64,000 nt of DNA from Paraphysomonas bandaiensis (taxonomy: Eukaryota; Protista; Chrysophyceae). Positions 50,348 to 63,426 of this stretch are shown one piece after another. Position 1 is the stretch's first letter. Every line of letters begins with the position of its first letter. The stretch covers positions 62,001 through 126,000 of the forward strand of contig CBFFRP010000065.1 in assembly GCA_965644295.1 (NCBI GenBank). Direction: 5' to 3'. The notes below the pieces were generated by a model. That model had not been told where the DNA came from. It saw only the letters and a list, made by a program, of their open reading frames with translations, and ran no database searches. Made by a program: the position numbers and the translations under genes.

Positions 50348-51964
50348 TTAATACTCATCGTCTTGTGTGGTATCGGCAGAAATGGTCATATCCAGCTGCT
50401 CTCCGGTGATGCGCTCGTAGAGACTGAGCACATCATTTGCAGCAGTCTCAAAATGACTAAAAGAAAGTAAGGCATACAGCTGTGCTATTGCTTGAGATAG
50501 GCTTACCTGGTGGCATCATAGGACTTAGAGATGTAGCACTTGTCTCGGGTGCCATCAGCCACAGGGGTAAGAAGAGTCGAGACACTGTCAAACCTTTCCA
50601 TGATGTTCCCGAGTAGGGCAATACCGGGGTTGAGTTCAGCCATGGGGTTGCTAGTCTCCACAGTTGTAGAAACGATCGCAATGTACATACCACGGGAGGC
50701 AACCATATGGGAGCTCGAGACAACGGCGACATAGATGTCGTTGCGGCGGCGGACCTCACGTGCTGGAATAATGATTTGTGCTGATTCTGAATTGTCTGTC
50801 CCAGGCACAGGGTGGTTCAGCAAACAGATGGAACGCACAACCTGTCCGGTAGCCTCACATTTGGTCGGGGGAAAGTAGGAAGGTTCCCCAATGATCTGGG
50901 GTGCCTTGGCAACCTCATTACCAGTTTTAATACCCCAAGCCTTGCCCTGTTCATCGAATAGAACCTCATCCACACCCTGTAAGTATGCAGGTCAGAAGGA
51001 ACCGGTGAATATACATTCTATGCAGGGTTACCTTGTTGAGCATGAATGTGCCTCCATGAATGGCGCAGAGGCGAGAAAACCCTTCCGGCAATCCTCCCAA
51101 CCCGTAGATGGGGTAGATGTATGGGGACTTTCCGTATCGCTCTAGCGAGTAAACGTATAGCTGGATGCATTCACATGCGTATGAAGCACGCTTGTTGAGG
51201 TAGTCATCGTCCGTCTGTAAAGCCATTGCGTGGCCAGTGAAGGACTGAGTATTGGCATCAAGACCAAAGTCTTCGAAAAGTTCCCTCATGGTCATTTGAT
51301 CCAAATTCTTACCGTTGCGCCAGGTAGAAGGGTTTGATTTGTCATAGGCCTGAAGAAAGAGCAGGAAGTTGCGAAACTTGCGCTTTTCAAAGAACCCCAT
51401 AAGTGATGAGTTAAGGGCCTCCTGGCCGGTGGCAGGAACTTTCTGGGGCTTGTTGTCCTTGAGGACGTAGCTACCATCAACACTCTTGAATTCCAGGTAG
51501 CGGGTCACCTACAGATAGGTTAAGTCAATTCTCATCACTGCAAAACACAAAAGACTGACCTTGGCATGGAGAAGGATTTTGACAAGATCACCACATGCCA
51601 TGATAAATTTCGGAACCAAGTCAACATTCCAGTCACGAGAATGCCCTAAGCTCTGTGGAGGTTCTTCTCCGCCGCGGAACTTCTGGTAGAGATTAGATAA
51701 ACTCAAAGAGGCGGTGTCCGATCCATAATAGTTGTTCTTATCAACATGCAACACACGTTTGCCTTTCACAGACAACAATCCACTGATAATACACTCCGTA
51801 AGTCCAGTTCCCATAATAATGGCATCATATTCTCCATCTAATTAATAGACGTTAGATATCATGATACATACATATATATATACATGTACTAGCATATTAC
51901 CCGCTAGTGGCTCACATCCCTCTGGAAGCCAATCAAAATTAGCACTTGATTTTTCTTCTGACAT
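50348..51964 (-). CDS. GDI1: Rab GDP-dissociation inhibitor, multi-exon
   Basis: EYDAIIMGTGLTECIISGLLSVKGKRVLHVDKNNYYG, RDWNVDLVPKFIMA, YGKSPYIYPIYGLGGLPEGFSRLCAIHGGTFMLNK, SKSYDAT|SHFE. Confidence 0.97.
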
Positions 51965-52485
51965 TTTAATTTGATCACAATATAAACTTTTCTATTAGTC
52001 TAATAATGGAGTGAGTTGTGTGGTATTGACGTAATGAGTATGTTACTAGAGTGTGCCTATATATACATACACAGCAGTATTGATCCATATCATATGCATA
52101 ATTTTTGTTGTATGGTGGGATGTATATGAAAGTCCTGTACATATAGGGGGATGTGTATGCATGGAGTGTTCAGACCCCACCTCATCGCCGGTGTACGTAC
52201 CTCACGGATATAGGTCAATAGATATCCAATAAAATATAGGAATCATGATATGATTCGATGTAAATGTACGCGCCACTTGGCAGATGCAGAGCCGCTACTT
52301 ATCTGCAGTAGAGTACAGGCACATACTGCTGTATATGGTATATTGGTATGTATATATATGCAGCACTGCAGTTCCTTCTGGCTTCTAGAGCAGCACTTTG
52401 TGTATTATAAATTACACTCGAATCAAGGTACATACCATTCGATTCATATAGTCTCTAGTTGTAGTAGATTAACGTGAAAGGTTCC

Positions 52486-54153
52486 ATGATTAGACGGTGG
52501 GGATTCACGGGATTGGCTGTAATAGCGCTGCTTGCTCTGAGCAGAGGAGGTGCAGTAACACTGATGTACATTAAACTTTATACAAACTAACCCACCTGTA
52601 TTAATATAGATGACTTTGAGGACTATGCTGGAGCAGGGGGTGATATGGACTATGGGTGAGAGCATTATTATGTGTTGTTGCTGCTTCTTATGTGACTCTG
52701 GGGATGTGTAGTTACGGAGAGGGAGGATATGGAGGGGACCCCTATGGTGGATATGGCGGTGGGGGATACGGTGGCGGGTATGGCATGGACCCATACGGTG
52801 GAGGGTATGGAGGTGATCCTTACGGTGGTTATGGTGGTGGCCCTCCTCCTATCCCAATGAAAGAGTTCACTTCTATTGAGGAAATCAAAGAATTCGTTGC
52901 CGAAGATGACAAGGAACCTGCAATAGTAGGATATTTCGACTTGGAGACCCACAGTGCTGATAAAGAGGCTTTTGATGAGGCTCATCAAATGGGTCAGACC
53001 AAGTATAGGTTTGGATTCACCAGCAGCAAGGAGGTGCTGGAGGCAATGAAGTACGATGGGTGCTCAGTTGTTGTGTACCGCCCGGTTAGTTAGTTGCACA
53101 CACACCTTTCCCGATTTTATTTTCCCTTCAGAGTAAATTTGTAAGTGAGAAGTACGAAAAGCCGAAGAGCCGTTACCCCTCAAAGAGTATTAAAAGTAGT
53201 AGCGCTCTAATGAAGTTTATTGAAGACAAATCGTTGCCTTTGGTGGGTCTGAAGACCGCCGCTGGAGCCTCTCGTTATGAAGACCAGGGCCTACCCGAAG
53301 TGACCCTTTTCGTGGAGGTTGATCTTGACAGAAACTTCAAGCAATTCCAGTACTACGCGAACCGCCTTCGTAAGGTGCTTTACTTTATTATATTCCTTAC
53401 GTACCACTCATTGAATTTCTTATGTCTAGGTGGCCAAGGACTACACCTCTAAAGTAGTGTTTAACATTGGCGATAAGGAGTAAGTCAGTTCCATGAACTA
53501 TGTAGTTTGTGCTTATCATTAACTATAGGGAGCAGTCATACCTTGCCAGCAGCAAGTATGGGATTACTCTTCCGGACCGTAAAGACGTTGGGTTGGGTCT
53601 CCGCAGTGGTGGCAATTTCTACAAAATGGAAACTTCCTTCTCTATGGACAATGTGCGTGCCTTCGTAGAGGAGTTCCTTGCGGGAGGACTTGCAGGGAAG
53701 GAACACCAGCAGGCGGATGACCTAGATGCCTACGGAGAGGAAGAGGAGGACGGACCAAGTGCCGTTGTGACACTCGATAATTCCAACTTTGACGAGGTAG
53801 TGACTGAAAGCGGGAACGATGTGATGGTCGAATTCTATGCGCCCTGGTGTGGTCACTGCAAGGCACTCAAGCCCACTTACGCTAGCGTCGCCAACAGACT
53901 CAGCGATGTGGAGACTGTCACCGTTGCAGCTATGGATGCGTCAACCCATACTCCACCCAGCTCTTTCGACGTTCAGGTAGTGCTCCACAATCGTTTGTTT
54001 ATTCTCTCTAAATGTGTTTGTACACCATAGGGTTTCCCAACGCTATATTTCGTTCCTGGAGATAAGAGCAAATCTCCCATGCCTTACGAAGGACCAAGGG
54101 ATGCGGATGCTATCGTAGATTTCATCAAGAAACATGCAACCACTAAGTTTTAA
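52486..54153 (+). CDS. Protein disulfide-isomerase-like (PDIA3/4-type b-b'-a') with N-terminal Gly/Tyr-rich region
   Basis: Signal peptide MIRRWGFTGLAVIALLALSRG; GY repeats; b/b' motifs (KYRFGFT, KFVSEKYE, VDLDRNFKQFQYYANRLRKVAKDY); EFYAPWCGHCKALKP; FDVQ|GFPTLYF; ends KHATTKF*. Confidence 0.9.
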
Positions 54154-55372
54154 ATCGTAGAGAATACATAGTGGGATATATAGGAATCATTGGAATGTGG
54201 CGAGGAGAAATTTGTAATAAAACATTTAGCTTCTGATATGGTGATGTTTTTGCAACTGTAGATGCTAATCTTATACTGCAACGCAACAAGAAGGTGTCGT
54301 AAATAAAAAAGAGATAATAGTTTACCAAAACAATGAGAGGTCGAATACAATGATGAATAGTGACATATAATATGTTCCATGAGCAGCACGACTAACGTAG
54401 AGTTTGTATTTCGCCAAACTACTCAAAGTAGAGTGAGTTATATATACGCTGGGTTCTTTTTCCAATAAGTTATACGATTGTATTTACACGCCGTGGTTTT
54501 CATCAAATTTACAATGAGCTTTTTATCGAACATTGAGAATTACTCTAAAACAGTTTGAACGGACTTCTTCATCAAATCTGCGAAAAGACATATAACTTGC
54601 TTAAGAATGGTACAAAGATAATTGATTTTTTTTGTAAATATTATCAGTCAGCCCATGAAACCCAAAAACACTTCATATAGATATTATGTTTAGCGGGACT
54701 CTGAAATAGGTACGAGAATATAGCTTTTCAGTTGGGCATCTATGTTACTATAACCGTTGTTCTACGAGTTGTTTTGGTATTAGTGTAGCAGTGATAATAT
54801 ATACTTATATGATATGGCTCCTGTAGACTGCACTGAATGAATCGTATAGTTTGTGTCAGCCTTTCCTTCAATGTATGGGAGATCATATAGAGAAAATGTT
54901 GAGGACTGATTTGATCTGAGCAAACTGCCTTTGCAGAGTTTAGTTATCTGCTGCATGCCTACCTGCAAGATCATCACCTGAGCTGATATTGACATTACCC
55001 CAAACAACAGCTCATTCGACCCTATCATCATCTCGTACGTCGAATTCCTGTACGATGATTCGCTAATCTCGCTTTCAACTTTGATGTGGAATAGATATCG
55101 GAGGATATTGAGTTCCTTCCAGAAATGCGGCACAATATTCCTGCTTTATCTACTAAATTTCGGATTTTTCATTTTCTGTCACCAGATTTTGGAATATTTT
55201 CTGTTGATTATGACGTACAGAGTATATAGAGATTTATGGAATGTATGACTGTGAGTGTTAAAGTATGGCATATCTGTTGCAGTAATTAATAGACCGACAA
55301 ACAAAATAGATGACTGCTTATCGAAGGAGGAGATAATGAGAATTGTGTAAGACCAGTGTTTTCTTAGCCGGC

Positions 55373-58300
55373 ATGGAGAAAGGAGACACTCGCAGACCTC
55401 TGCTATCGGTTAGCAGTGTTATTATATTAATTACTATATGAGTGTGACTATGAATGTATAGGAGTATGTTGCACATGATCAGACCAATGAAAGACATCGA
55501 TTATACTCACAGAATGCTCCAAAAATAATGCTTGAGACAATCTCTGCTCGGGCGAATGGAATATTCGCATTGACTTATATCGTGTTTGTATTGGCACTCA
55601 TGTTCGATATCCACACAACTGTTAAGGGGTTCAATGGACGAAATGCTGAGCTTTCGTCTGAAAGTTGTAAATCTCAAAACATTGTTGTGGGGACGACAGA
55701 AGGCAATTACGGTAAGTCAATTCCTGGCAATTGCAATGCACAGTGTTGGGTGTTAGAGCATTGCTGTTACTCTTTTAAATACAGATGTTTAATGATACCC
55801 TTGCGCAGGATGTACTGATATACTGAACAGTTCGCAATCCTCCAAAACGTTGACCTGGATAGGACATGCCAAAGGATTTACGAACGTTATCTCTGTTGCA
55901 GTAAAAGCGAAGTTATCTAATACATCAACTATATTCTACAATGGCAGCTATATAGACGATGATTCCGTCATATCAGATATTACAATCAAATACGACCTGT
56001 ACTTGTATTGCTGCTACAGCAATTCTAATTGCGGCAATGTTTCCATTCCTGGGCAGGATGACGTCAATGCCAACGGAGACTGGAAGAGCGTGCTATCCCT
56101 CAACAATGAGAAAATTAATATAGATAAGTATGTGTCGTTAGAAGATGGCGACTCATCCACAATGACACTGCTACCCAACACATTTCAGAACCAAGAGTCT
56201 CTTCCGACAGAAGGGAAAGTTAAATCCTACTTGGTGTACATAGTTTTCGATCAAGAGTATTCGTCATACGAATCTTGGGATCAAGTGACGTACACATTTC
56301 GAGATATTTCTCGTCCTGATGTTTCCAATACTGATATGGCCCTCCCTGTTGTGATTCTACTGACCATTATTGCATTAGGCATGTATGTATATGCTATATT
56401 CGGCATCACTCATGGGAAAATTCGTCAAGCTCTTCCAGAACAAAAGTGGTGTATTGTGTATTTGCTTGCTGTTATTCTCTTTCAGAATCCAATCTATGCT
56501 GTAATAGTAGTGTTCATCGACAGCCCATCACCTACCGCGGTGTATGCCTGTTATGTCCTCGATGCACTTGCACAGTCTATGCTTATCACTGTATGGCTTC
56601 TATTTGCAGATGGCCTACGGAGACAGACAGACTATATATGGTTTTACGCTCCTAAAGTAGCTACAGGAGTTTGTATATTTACATGTAACTTGGTTGTCTT
56701 AACTCTTCAATTTCCGTCTATGAATCCGCATGATACTAGGAGCCCAGTGGAAGCAGTTTCTAACTGGTCCGACGGCACAAAATTGGTGTTCATTATTTTT
56801 TCCATATCACTCATTACCATATTATGGTTTTGGACATTTTGGTGGTTTTATATGTTATGGTACACTGGAAAGACTTTGCAGCAGCTGCCCTACATGACAA
56901 CACGTTATCTACAACTATCTTTTCGTTTTTTCTCTTTACAAGCAACACTGGTGACGCTATACTACTTTTTGCAAAATATATTGATCGTCTTTTACATTTT
57001 GCAACGGAGTGATTGGAAGCACGAAACTCTAGAGAACATAACAGATAATATCAATGTAAGACGTTGGATATGTAACTGCGATGTATAGTTGTGTAGTTCA
57101 TTTGTACCTCTATGGTGTGAATATTGTGATATAATGAACTGTGGAGTTTTGTAAACCTGCTTTTGCGTCTAACGTCTAATGTTTTCAGACGTTATTCCGG
57201 CAGCAAAGTTTATCATTTGGAAAAGTAATTTTTCTGACCACTTATGGTCTCATTTTGGCCTTTTTCTTTCTGCCAGCATCATCAGCCAAAGTAGATAACG
57301 CCATGGTTTCCCTTCAAGTGTCATATGTGGTATCTGAAGATGAAATGAAATCCGTTCGCCGTAAGCGGAAAACGGCCATTCGTCGCTTGGTGGCGTTGCG
57401 GCAACTTGTGGATGCCAAGTTAGATATATTTTGCGTTGATTTGGCACTGGAACTGCATGCTCTTTCGAATGAGGTATATCAAACAATAGCATATTGTATG
57501 TGACTTTTTTGTTATTCCGTTGAATTGAAAGCATATTTACGTCTAGGCATTTGTGAAATTTGAGCTAACCCTTGTATGTATGAAGGCGTACAATGATGGC
57601 GGTGGACTCATCACTTTATCTGGCTATGGCCCGTTAAACCTTGAGCTATGTGGCTATACTCTGATCAACCAGGCCTATGACAGTGAACACGAGGCAGTAT
57701 GCTACATCGTCAGGCATAAAACGATTAATAGAGTAGTTGTCATATTCAGGTATGATTCACTGTCGATATTACAATCAGCAACTTGTACTTGTGTGTCAGT
57801 AGTGTGCACATTTTGTGACTTGATGTATTCCAGAGGAAGTGCAAGTCGGCAACACTGGACAGACAATTTAAAGTTTTCTCAACGACCAATAAATTTAGTT
57901 GAAATGCCACTAAAGACTCTTGATTTAGTGGATGGTCTACAGATTCCAATGCAAAATAATACAGGTACAATATATCAGTGCTGTAGTATAAGTGGTATGT
58001 AGTTTTATGCATTACATATAGGTATTGGACCATCCATATTTTGTGTATATTTTGCGTTATAGATGCAGCTAAAGTTATTGTATATTCAGTGACATATAAT
58101 CAAGGGCACGGGTTTAATTTATTCGGTGGGTATGACTCTGACAGCGATTCTGATGAGGATGGCTGTGAATTAGTAGACACCGGGTATGCTGAAGAGGAAC
58201 AAGGGTAACTCTGAACTAATTTTAGTATCCTTTGTTACGTATGTGTAGGTACAATGCTCTAAGGAGTCGCACTGAGTCAACCACATCATACGGTGATAGT

Positions 58301-59795
58301 GACGACCATAGTAGAACATTGCGACATTCGTTTGCAGAGGTAAGTGCACCGTTCATGTCTTTGAAATCTGATTTTTTCTCGTGTAGGGTGCAAGTATGGT
58401 TGAGGGGGGACTGAAACGTGTTGCCACCACTGTTGGTGGAGTAGTGGATGCCACTACTGGCGCCCTTCGGACAGCGGCCTCCCACACACCCGTACTTCAG
58501 CTGGCAGTTAACACATATGTGCACAGGTGTTTTACTATTATGTTATTGTATATAGCGTATAAAGTACTTTACAAGTCACTATAATTTTAACGTGTGTACT
58601 TTACGTTAGTGGCTTCTGGGAAGTATATTTAACAGTCCGCGAGTTCATTCATTCAACATTACGACAAGAGCTCAGCAGATCACCAGCTCATTTGTACTTC
58701 ACTGGACATTCAATGGGAGGTATGGGATAAGTGGATACACGTTTGCGGTGCATACCACATTTGACACTCTAGTTACTTTAATAGTATTTCGTATATTGCG
58801 GTGGTTGCAATTATTGTTGCTAATGGTGTTATGTATATACTCTGTGCAATTTCGTGTACTCATGCATATATGAAGGGGCACTAGCGACACTGGCAGCGGC
58901 TGACGTAACATTGAACACAGTTCCTAGAATCAATAGATACCTTAGACATAAGAGAAGGTGAGAGTTTCGTGCGCTTGTGATATTAGAGTGACCAATTTCA
59001 TTTATACATATATATCTGTCTGCAATATTGTGCTTCACATTTAAATGTGTTCTAAAGTGTTCCCGTATAAGTAGGGCGGATAGGCAAACGACGGAGTCAT
59101 CTGTCGACGAGGATATTAGTGACAGCAGAGCATACGGAATTTCTGCCTCTACACCAAGTAGAATAAGAGTCGGAATGTATAATTTCGGTTCTCCAAGGTG
59201 TGTATACAGTTCAACTATTTGCTCTCCATTTTTATACGTCTTTTCACAATCATTTTATTCGTTTTGAGAATGTACGCTAATTCTTTAATAGGGTTGGAAA
59301 TTGGAACTTCGCGAGTGCTTTCAACAAAATTGTTCCGGATGGTTTCAGAGTGGGTAAGTAGACGACATATCATGTTATTGTCACTGACAGGATATTTTGT
59401 AACTTTTTGCAGTTGTAGATGGCGATATCGTGACAGGCATACCAAAAGGGAACTATAAACATGTTGGAACTGAAATATTAATCGATGGGCACGGAAGTGG
59501 CACTATAATAATTGACCCGAGTTTCGTTGAGTCTCGTTTACAGAAGAGTAACAAGACATCTGTAGAAGCTCACTCACTGCTTGTCTGCAAGCGAGGGCTA
59601 TTGGGAGTTAAAGCAGCAACTGAATATTTACACAACAATGCCATGGAGAGGTCACAAAACCATGATGGATGTGATGACGGTTATATGTATTCAGCCCTTG
59701 ATATACAGCTGGCCATGGAATCTAGTAAAGCTGCACTATTTGCGGTGTCTAGCGGAGAATATAAAAGTACATATAGTGGAGAAAGGAGCAAATAG
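55373..59795 (+). CDS. TMEM181/Wntless-like multi-TM domain fused to a class-3 lipase, multi-exon
   Basis: TM1, lumenal Cys-containing loop, then TM bundle with LPEQKWCIVYLLAVILFQNP and WLLFADG. Lipase motifs IFRGSAS..HWTDNL, VHSGFWEVY, FTGHSMGG|ALATL, YNFGSPRVGN, VVDGDIVTGIP..YKHVG, EAHSL. Confidence 0.85.
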
Positions 59796-60735
59796 TAAGT
59801 AGACAGCTAGCATTTATAGCTTATGGTTTTGACTTGTTTTGTATTACTTTAATAATTGTGTCCTGTGAAGTGATAGTGAGTGAAGGCTAAAGTAGTACAT
59901 AATATATACGTGAATGGTCTCAGTATAGTTGTATATAAAAAAACAGGTGACGATATGTGCTCTATTCGGGACTAAATGTGCAATTGCTTTGTTATGGTGT
60001 TACATCAGTTAAATTCTGTGGTGTGTAGTTACTATAATAATGCATCATACCTTGTTCGTTTTATAGTTTGAAATGTACACTTACTTCGTACTTCGTACTA
60101 TTGACAATTGACCATTTTCAGATGATTAAGATCGTTGTAAGAGAAGTTTAAGTTAGTCAAAACTAGATAGATTACTTTATTATGATTGTATACACAATTG
60201 TGTGTGTTGTCATGTAACACATGTCAACAACATGATAAATTATCTCGTTCATGTCAACCACTGCTCAACTTCCGTATCTTGAATCGTCATGATATAATAC
60301 TTCAGTTTCACAGTTATAGCTATATAGCACCTGTGACTATTGACTACGTATTACTGTTTTTCACATTGTATTTAACGTATTCTACAGTACTATCTTAGAG
60401 AACCATACGTATTCCAATACGTACTAATGTGATGTAGTAATAAGCTTAAACAGCACCACATTGATCTAAATCATTTCTTTTCTATAATAACGAAGTTAAA
60501 CTAGCACCAATCAGTGCGTAACTACATAAATCTTTTTGAGAAATAATACAAATATTACAATTTACTTTACCTACGCGAACATATAATTGTAAACGACGCG
60601 AGAAATGATGATCAGGTTGATATTTCATCGACGCGTTCACATTAAATCCTCCCCAATATGATACATTACTACAACGGTGTTAAATTTCCGCAAAAACAAA
60701 TACATGCATTCTTAATTATGTCTGGAATGCTCTTA

Positions 60736-61161
60736 TTAAGCACAGAGAAACAAGAAAACAACTATCACCACAAAAAACGATGCAAATCCAGCAACGAGAT
60801 ATCTTGAGTTTTCATCTAACCATTCAAATACACTAAGAGGCTCAATGTCATCGATATCATCAGTGTCATCAATATAAGTGGGCTCAGCATTCTCATTCTC
60901 TGTATTGAGATCATTCGACTGTTTCATCGGCTCTGTTCGTTGATTGTCCTCTTCAGTATATGCGACACACTCACATGAGGGACATGCCTTATAGTCATAC
61001 CAGCTCAATCCATGTTCTCTCCGACAGCCTTTTCCTCTGCATGAATACTTACATATACACTCTCCTGTCGATCTAGTGGGAGTCCCATACTTACTATCAC
61101 ACCCTTCATCAGCAGAGCACACTGTGCAGAGATATATTAACAGGAAAGAGAAATAACGCAT
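60736..61161 (-). CDS. Small Cys-rich single-pass membrane protein, unknown function
   Basis: Signal peptide MRYFSFLLIYLCTVCSA, an 8-Cys domain, acidic linker and C-terminal TM. Confidence 0.75.
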   Translation of the reverse strand: MRYFSFLLIYLCTVCSADEGCDSKYGTPTRSTGECICKYSCRGKGCRREHGLSWYDYKACPSCECVAYTEEDNQRTEPMKQSNDLNTENENAEPTYIDDTDDIDDIEPLSVFEWLDENSRYLVAGFASFFVVIVVFLFLCA

Positions 61162-61229
61162 TGGGTTACAAGTTAAGAAATTCAAGCAATATGCTTCTTA
61201 ATTCCATTTATTGTTATAGAGAGAGTTGT

Positions 61230-61520
61230 GCGCAGGATGGATATGTATGTATATATACATGCTACGGTATATGTATCAGTGCACCTGTACCTACAGACCT
61301 ACAGTACATGTATATACATGTATATGGCTGGGTGTGTTCCTGCTACAGTACTGTATATCCTACAGCAGAGTATACTACAATCGTATATAGGTATGCATAC
61401 GTATGGATGGTATGGTTGGTATACTATATATGTATATATGTATATTTCTGCCCTGCGTATACATACGTATGCATATATATTGTATACTATATCATGAGGT
61501 AGATGCATATATATGTACAC
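61230..61520. promoter_or_regulatory. Purine-pyrimidine alternating low-complexity tract in a divergent promoter
   Basis: Dense TGTA/TACA/TATA/CATA alternation between head-to-head starts at 61161(-) and 61652(+). Confidence 0.5.
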
Positions 61521-61651
61521 TGCTGCTGCATTTGTATATGATAGAAACTGCTTCCAGCTGCTGTGCTATGAGCAGAAACTATCCATAGCATCACACTGCT
61601 CCATTCGTTCATGAATCTATCTATTGTATACTCAGGTCACCCTAGATAATT

Positions 61652-62500
61652 ATGAATCCTATTGTAGCTGCCCGCACATCCTCTTTCTCTTTGGAAACTG
61701 TTGATGGGCACGCTAAACTACTCACAGCTATAAACCTATCCGATAGCATCATTATTGTAGGATTTGGAACTTTTCTTGTCACATTTGTGTTATTTTTTGC
61801 TCTTCATATCCACAGAATGGAACATGAATGGGGTGCACTTCAAATCCCTACAATAAGTTTGACTGGGTCATATCTTCCAGAGAGTATTATATTTACATTA
61901 GGACTCCATATCATGGCATTTTTATTACTGCTGGCGTATAGTGGTTTGTATATTGTATACGATCAGAACATTAGAAAGGGACAGTTTCAGAGTTTCACCT
62001 GTGACACATCTAGTATACAGCGGAAGCTACTGTACTGGAATCGATTTCTGTGGCGAGTCGGCGCCTGTTCGTGTATATTTCTTGCCGTAACGGGATCAAT
62101 ACCATTGACACTGAATTCCTTTCTACATGGGACAGTAGCTTTCTTCATGTTTCTTTCGCAGATACTACATTTAGTTCTATTTCATTACAAGTTAGCAAAG
62201 CCACTAGTTACAGATCATCGTGTGTTGCTGCTTCAAAGAGTCGCTATATTCTTGAGCCTTCCGTTTGTGATATCCGTGTATATAATAGCTGGGGTGGTAC
62301 TAATGATGTGCTCAGAGTACAGATGTCGTAGTTTTGTTGTCAATGTTCATGTTGCGTTGGAGTATGTGGTGACCATCGCGCTCGCAGCATACGTACATTC
62401 GTGGAGAAATGACTTGAGTAGGATGTCATGGGCAGCAATGTTGGACGCATCTATCAGCAATGGTCCTATATTGCTCACCCATGGCTCAGATCACGCCTAG
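61652..62500 (+). CDS. Frag1/DRAM/Sfk1 (TMEM150-like) membrane protein
   Basis: Six hydrophobic segments; IPTISLTGSYLPESIIF, LHGTVAFFMF and ALEY family motifs. Confidence 0.85.
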   Translation: MNPIVAARTSSFSLETVDGHAKLLTAINLSDSIIIVGFGTFLVTFVLFFALHIHRMEHEWGALQIPTISLTGSYLPESIIFTLGLHIMAFLLLLAYSGLYIVYDQNIRKGQFQSFTCDTSSIQRKLLYWNRFLWRVGACSCIFLAVTGSIPLTLNSFLHGTVAFFMFLSQILHLVLFHYKLAKPLVTDHRVLLLQRVAIFLSLPFVISVYIIAGVVLMMCSEYRCRSFVVNVHVALEYVVTIALAAYVHSWRNDLSRMSWAAMLDASISNGPILLTHGSDHA

Positions 62501-62941
62501 TTTTTCTGTGTGGTATTGATAGCAATATTTCGGACATTGAATTCTAGGTTTGGTGATTTTCTAAATAATTGTAGTTGTATAATTAAGTCTGTGAGAAAAA
62601 GTATATAAGTATAGGCATTAGCGTTAAATTAATGTCAATTTATTATTTATTTCAATATGTATTAGCGATACTTGCTGTGTTATTATTATTATTATTATTA
62701 ATACTGCTTCTGTTAGAGCTCTATGGTGATTACACATTACACACACTTCTCTTTGATTGCAAACTTATGTGTGTTATCAACTATATGATACCAAAAATAC
62801 CATTGTCGGCGAGAATTAGTTCCAGCAAATCTTCGTGCCTACCTAATCTAAGCTATGCTTTGTGCTCCGACTACATGATATTTTTGGGAATAGTGACAAA
62901 TTTACTCGATGCATTAAATTAATTTCATTATTAATCGACGA

Positions 62942-63426
62942 TCACGTAGAATTGTTCTGCTTTTCCGCTGCTTCAGCTTTTGGATTCACCCACGTTCCGT
63001 TCTCCTCAAACCACTTATTAGCATCGCTGATAATATCGTCCACATCTGTTGGTTTTCCTTTGAATTTACTGTAGTTTGGTACGTCCACGAGTTTCCACTC
63101 ATGTTTTCGCGCAGAGTGAATTCTGCGATCACGGGGCTGGGGGCGCCCTCTCCACACTAGGCGTCCCCATACCTTTCCATGATCTTGATCCTTGGATAAT
63201 TCCACCCTAGTAGAATATGAGACACACATACACATTGTGAGAAAGGAGTACCCACCTTCGCAAAATCCAATACGTTTCAGGAAAGTGGTAAATGTCCCGC
63301 GTCACTTTGCATCCCATACCAAAATACCTCATTCCATTGACTACCTGAAACCATAATAGTAAACGCTACCGTTATAAGTGAGAGCTCTCGTTATGGTACC
63401 TTAAACAAACTTTTAACCTCCGACAT
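62942..63426 (-). CDS. MRPS34: Mitochondrial ribosomal protein mS34, 3 exons
   Basis: MSEVKSLFK/VVNGMRYFGMGCKVTRDIYHFPETYWILRR/VELSKDQDHGKVWGRLVWRG...RKHEWKLV matches the mS34 pattern G.G..V.R...YW...RV...HGK.WG...W.LV. Confidence 0.85.

Noticed and set aside
52656-52710. ORF-track signal peptide MRALLCVVAASYVTLG for the PDI
   Set aside because: This is intron sequence (gtgag...gtgtag); a better start with a signal peptide is at 52486.
54450-55140. ORF 54780-55133(-) and surrounding sequence
   Set aside because: No recognisable motif; treated as intergenic or decayed.
14318-59795. DEP, Notum-like and Wntless-like domains in one window, suggesting a proto-Wnt cluster
   Set aside because: The genes are tens of kb apart and separated by unrelated housekeeping genes. 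The folds are ancient and no Wnt or Frizzled is present, so coincidence is the default.
61161-61588. Several overlapping Tyr/Ile/Val/Cys/Met-rich ORFs
   Set aside because: Artefacts of the alternating purine-pyrimidine tract.
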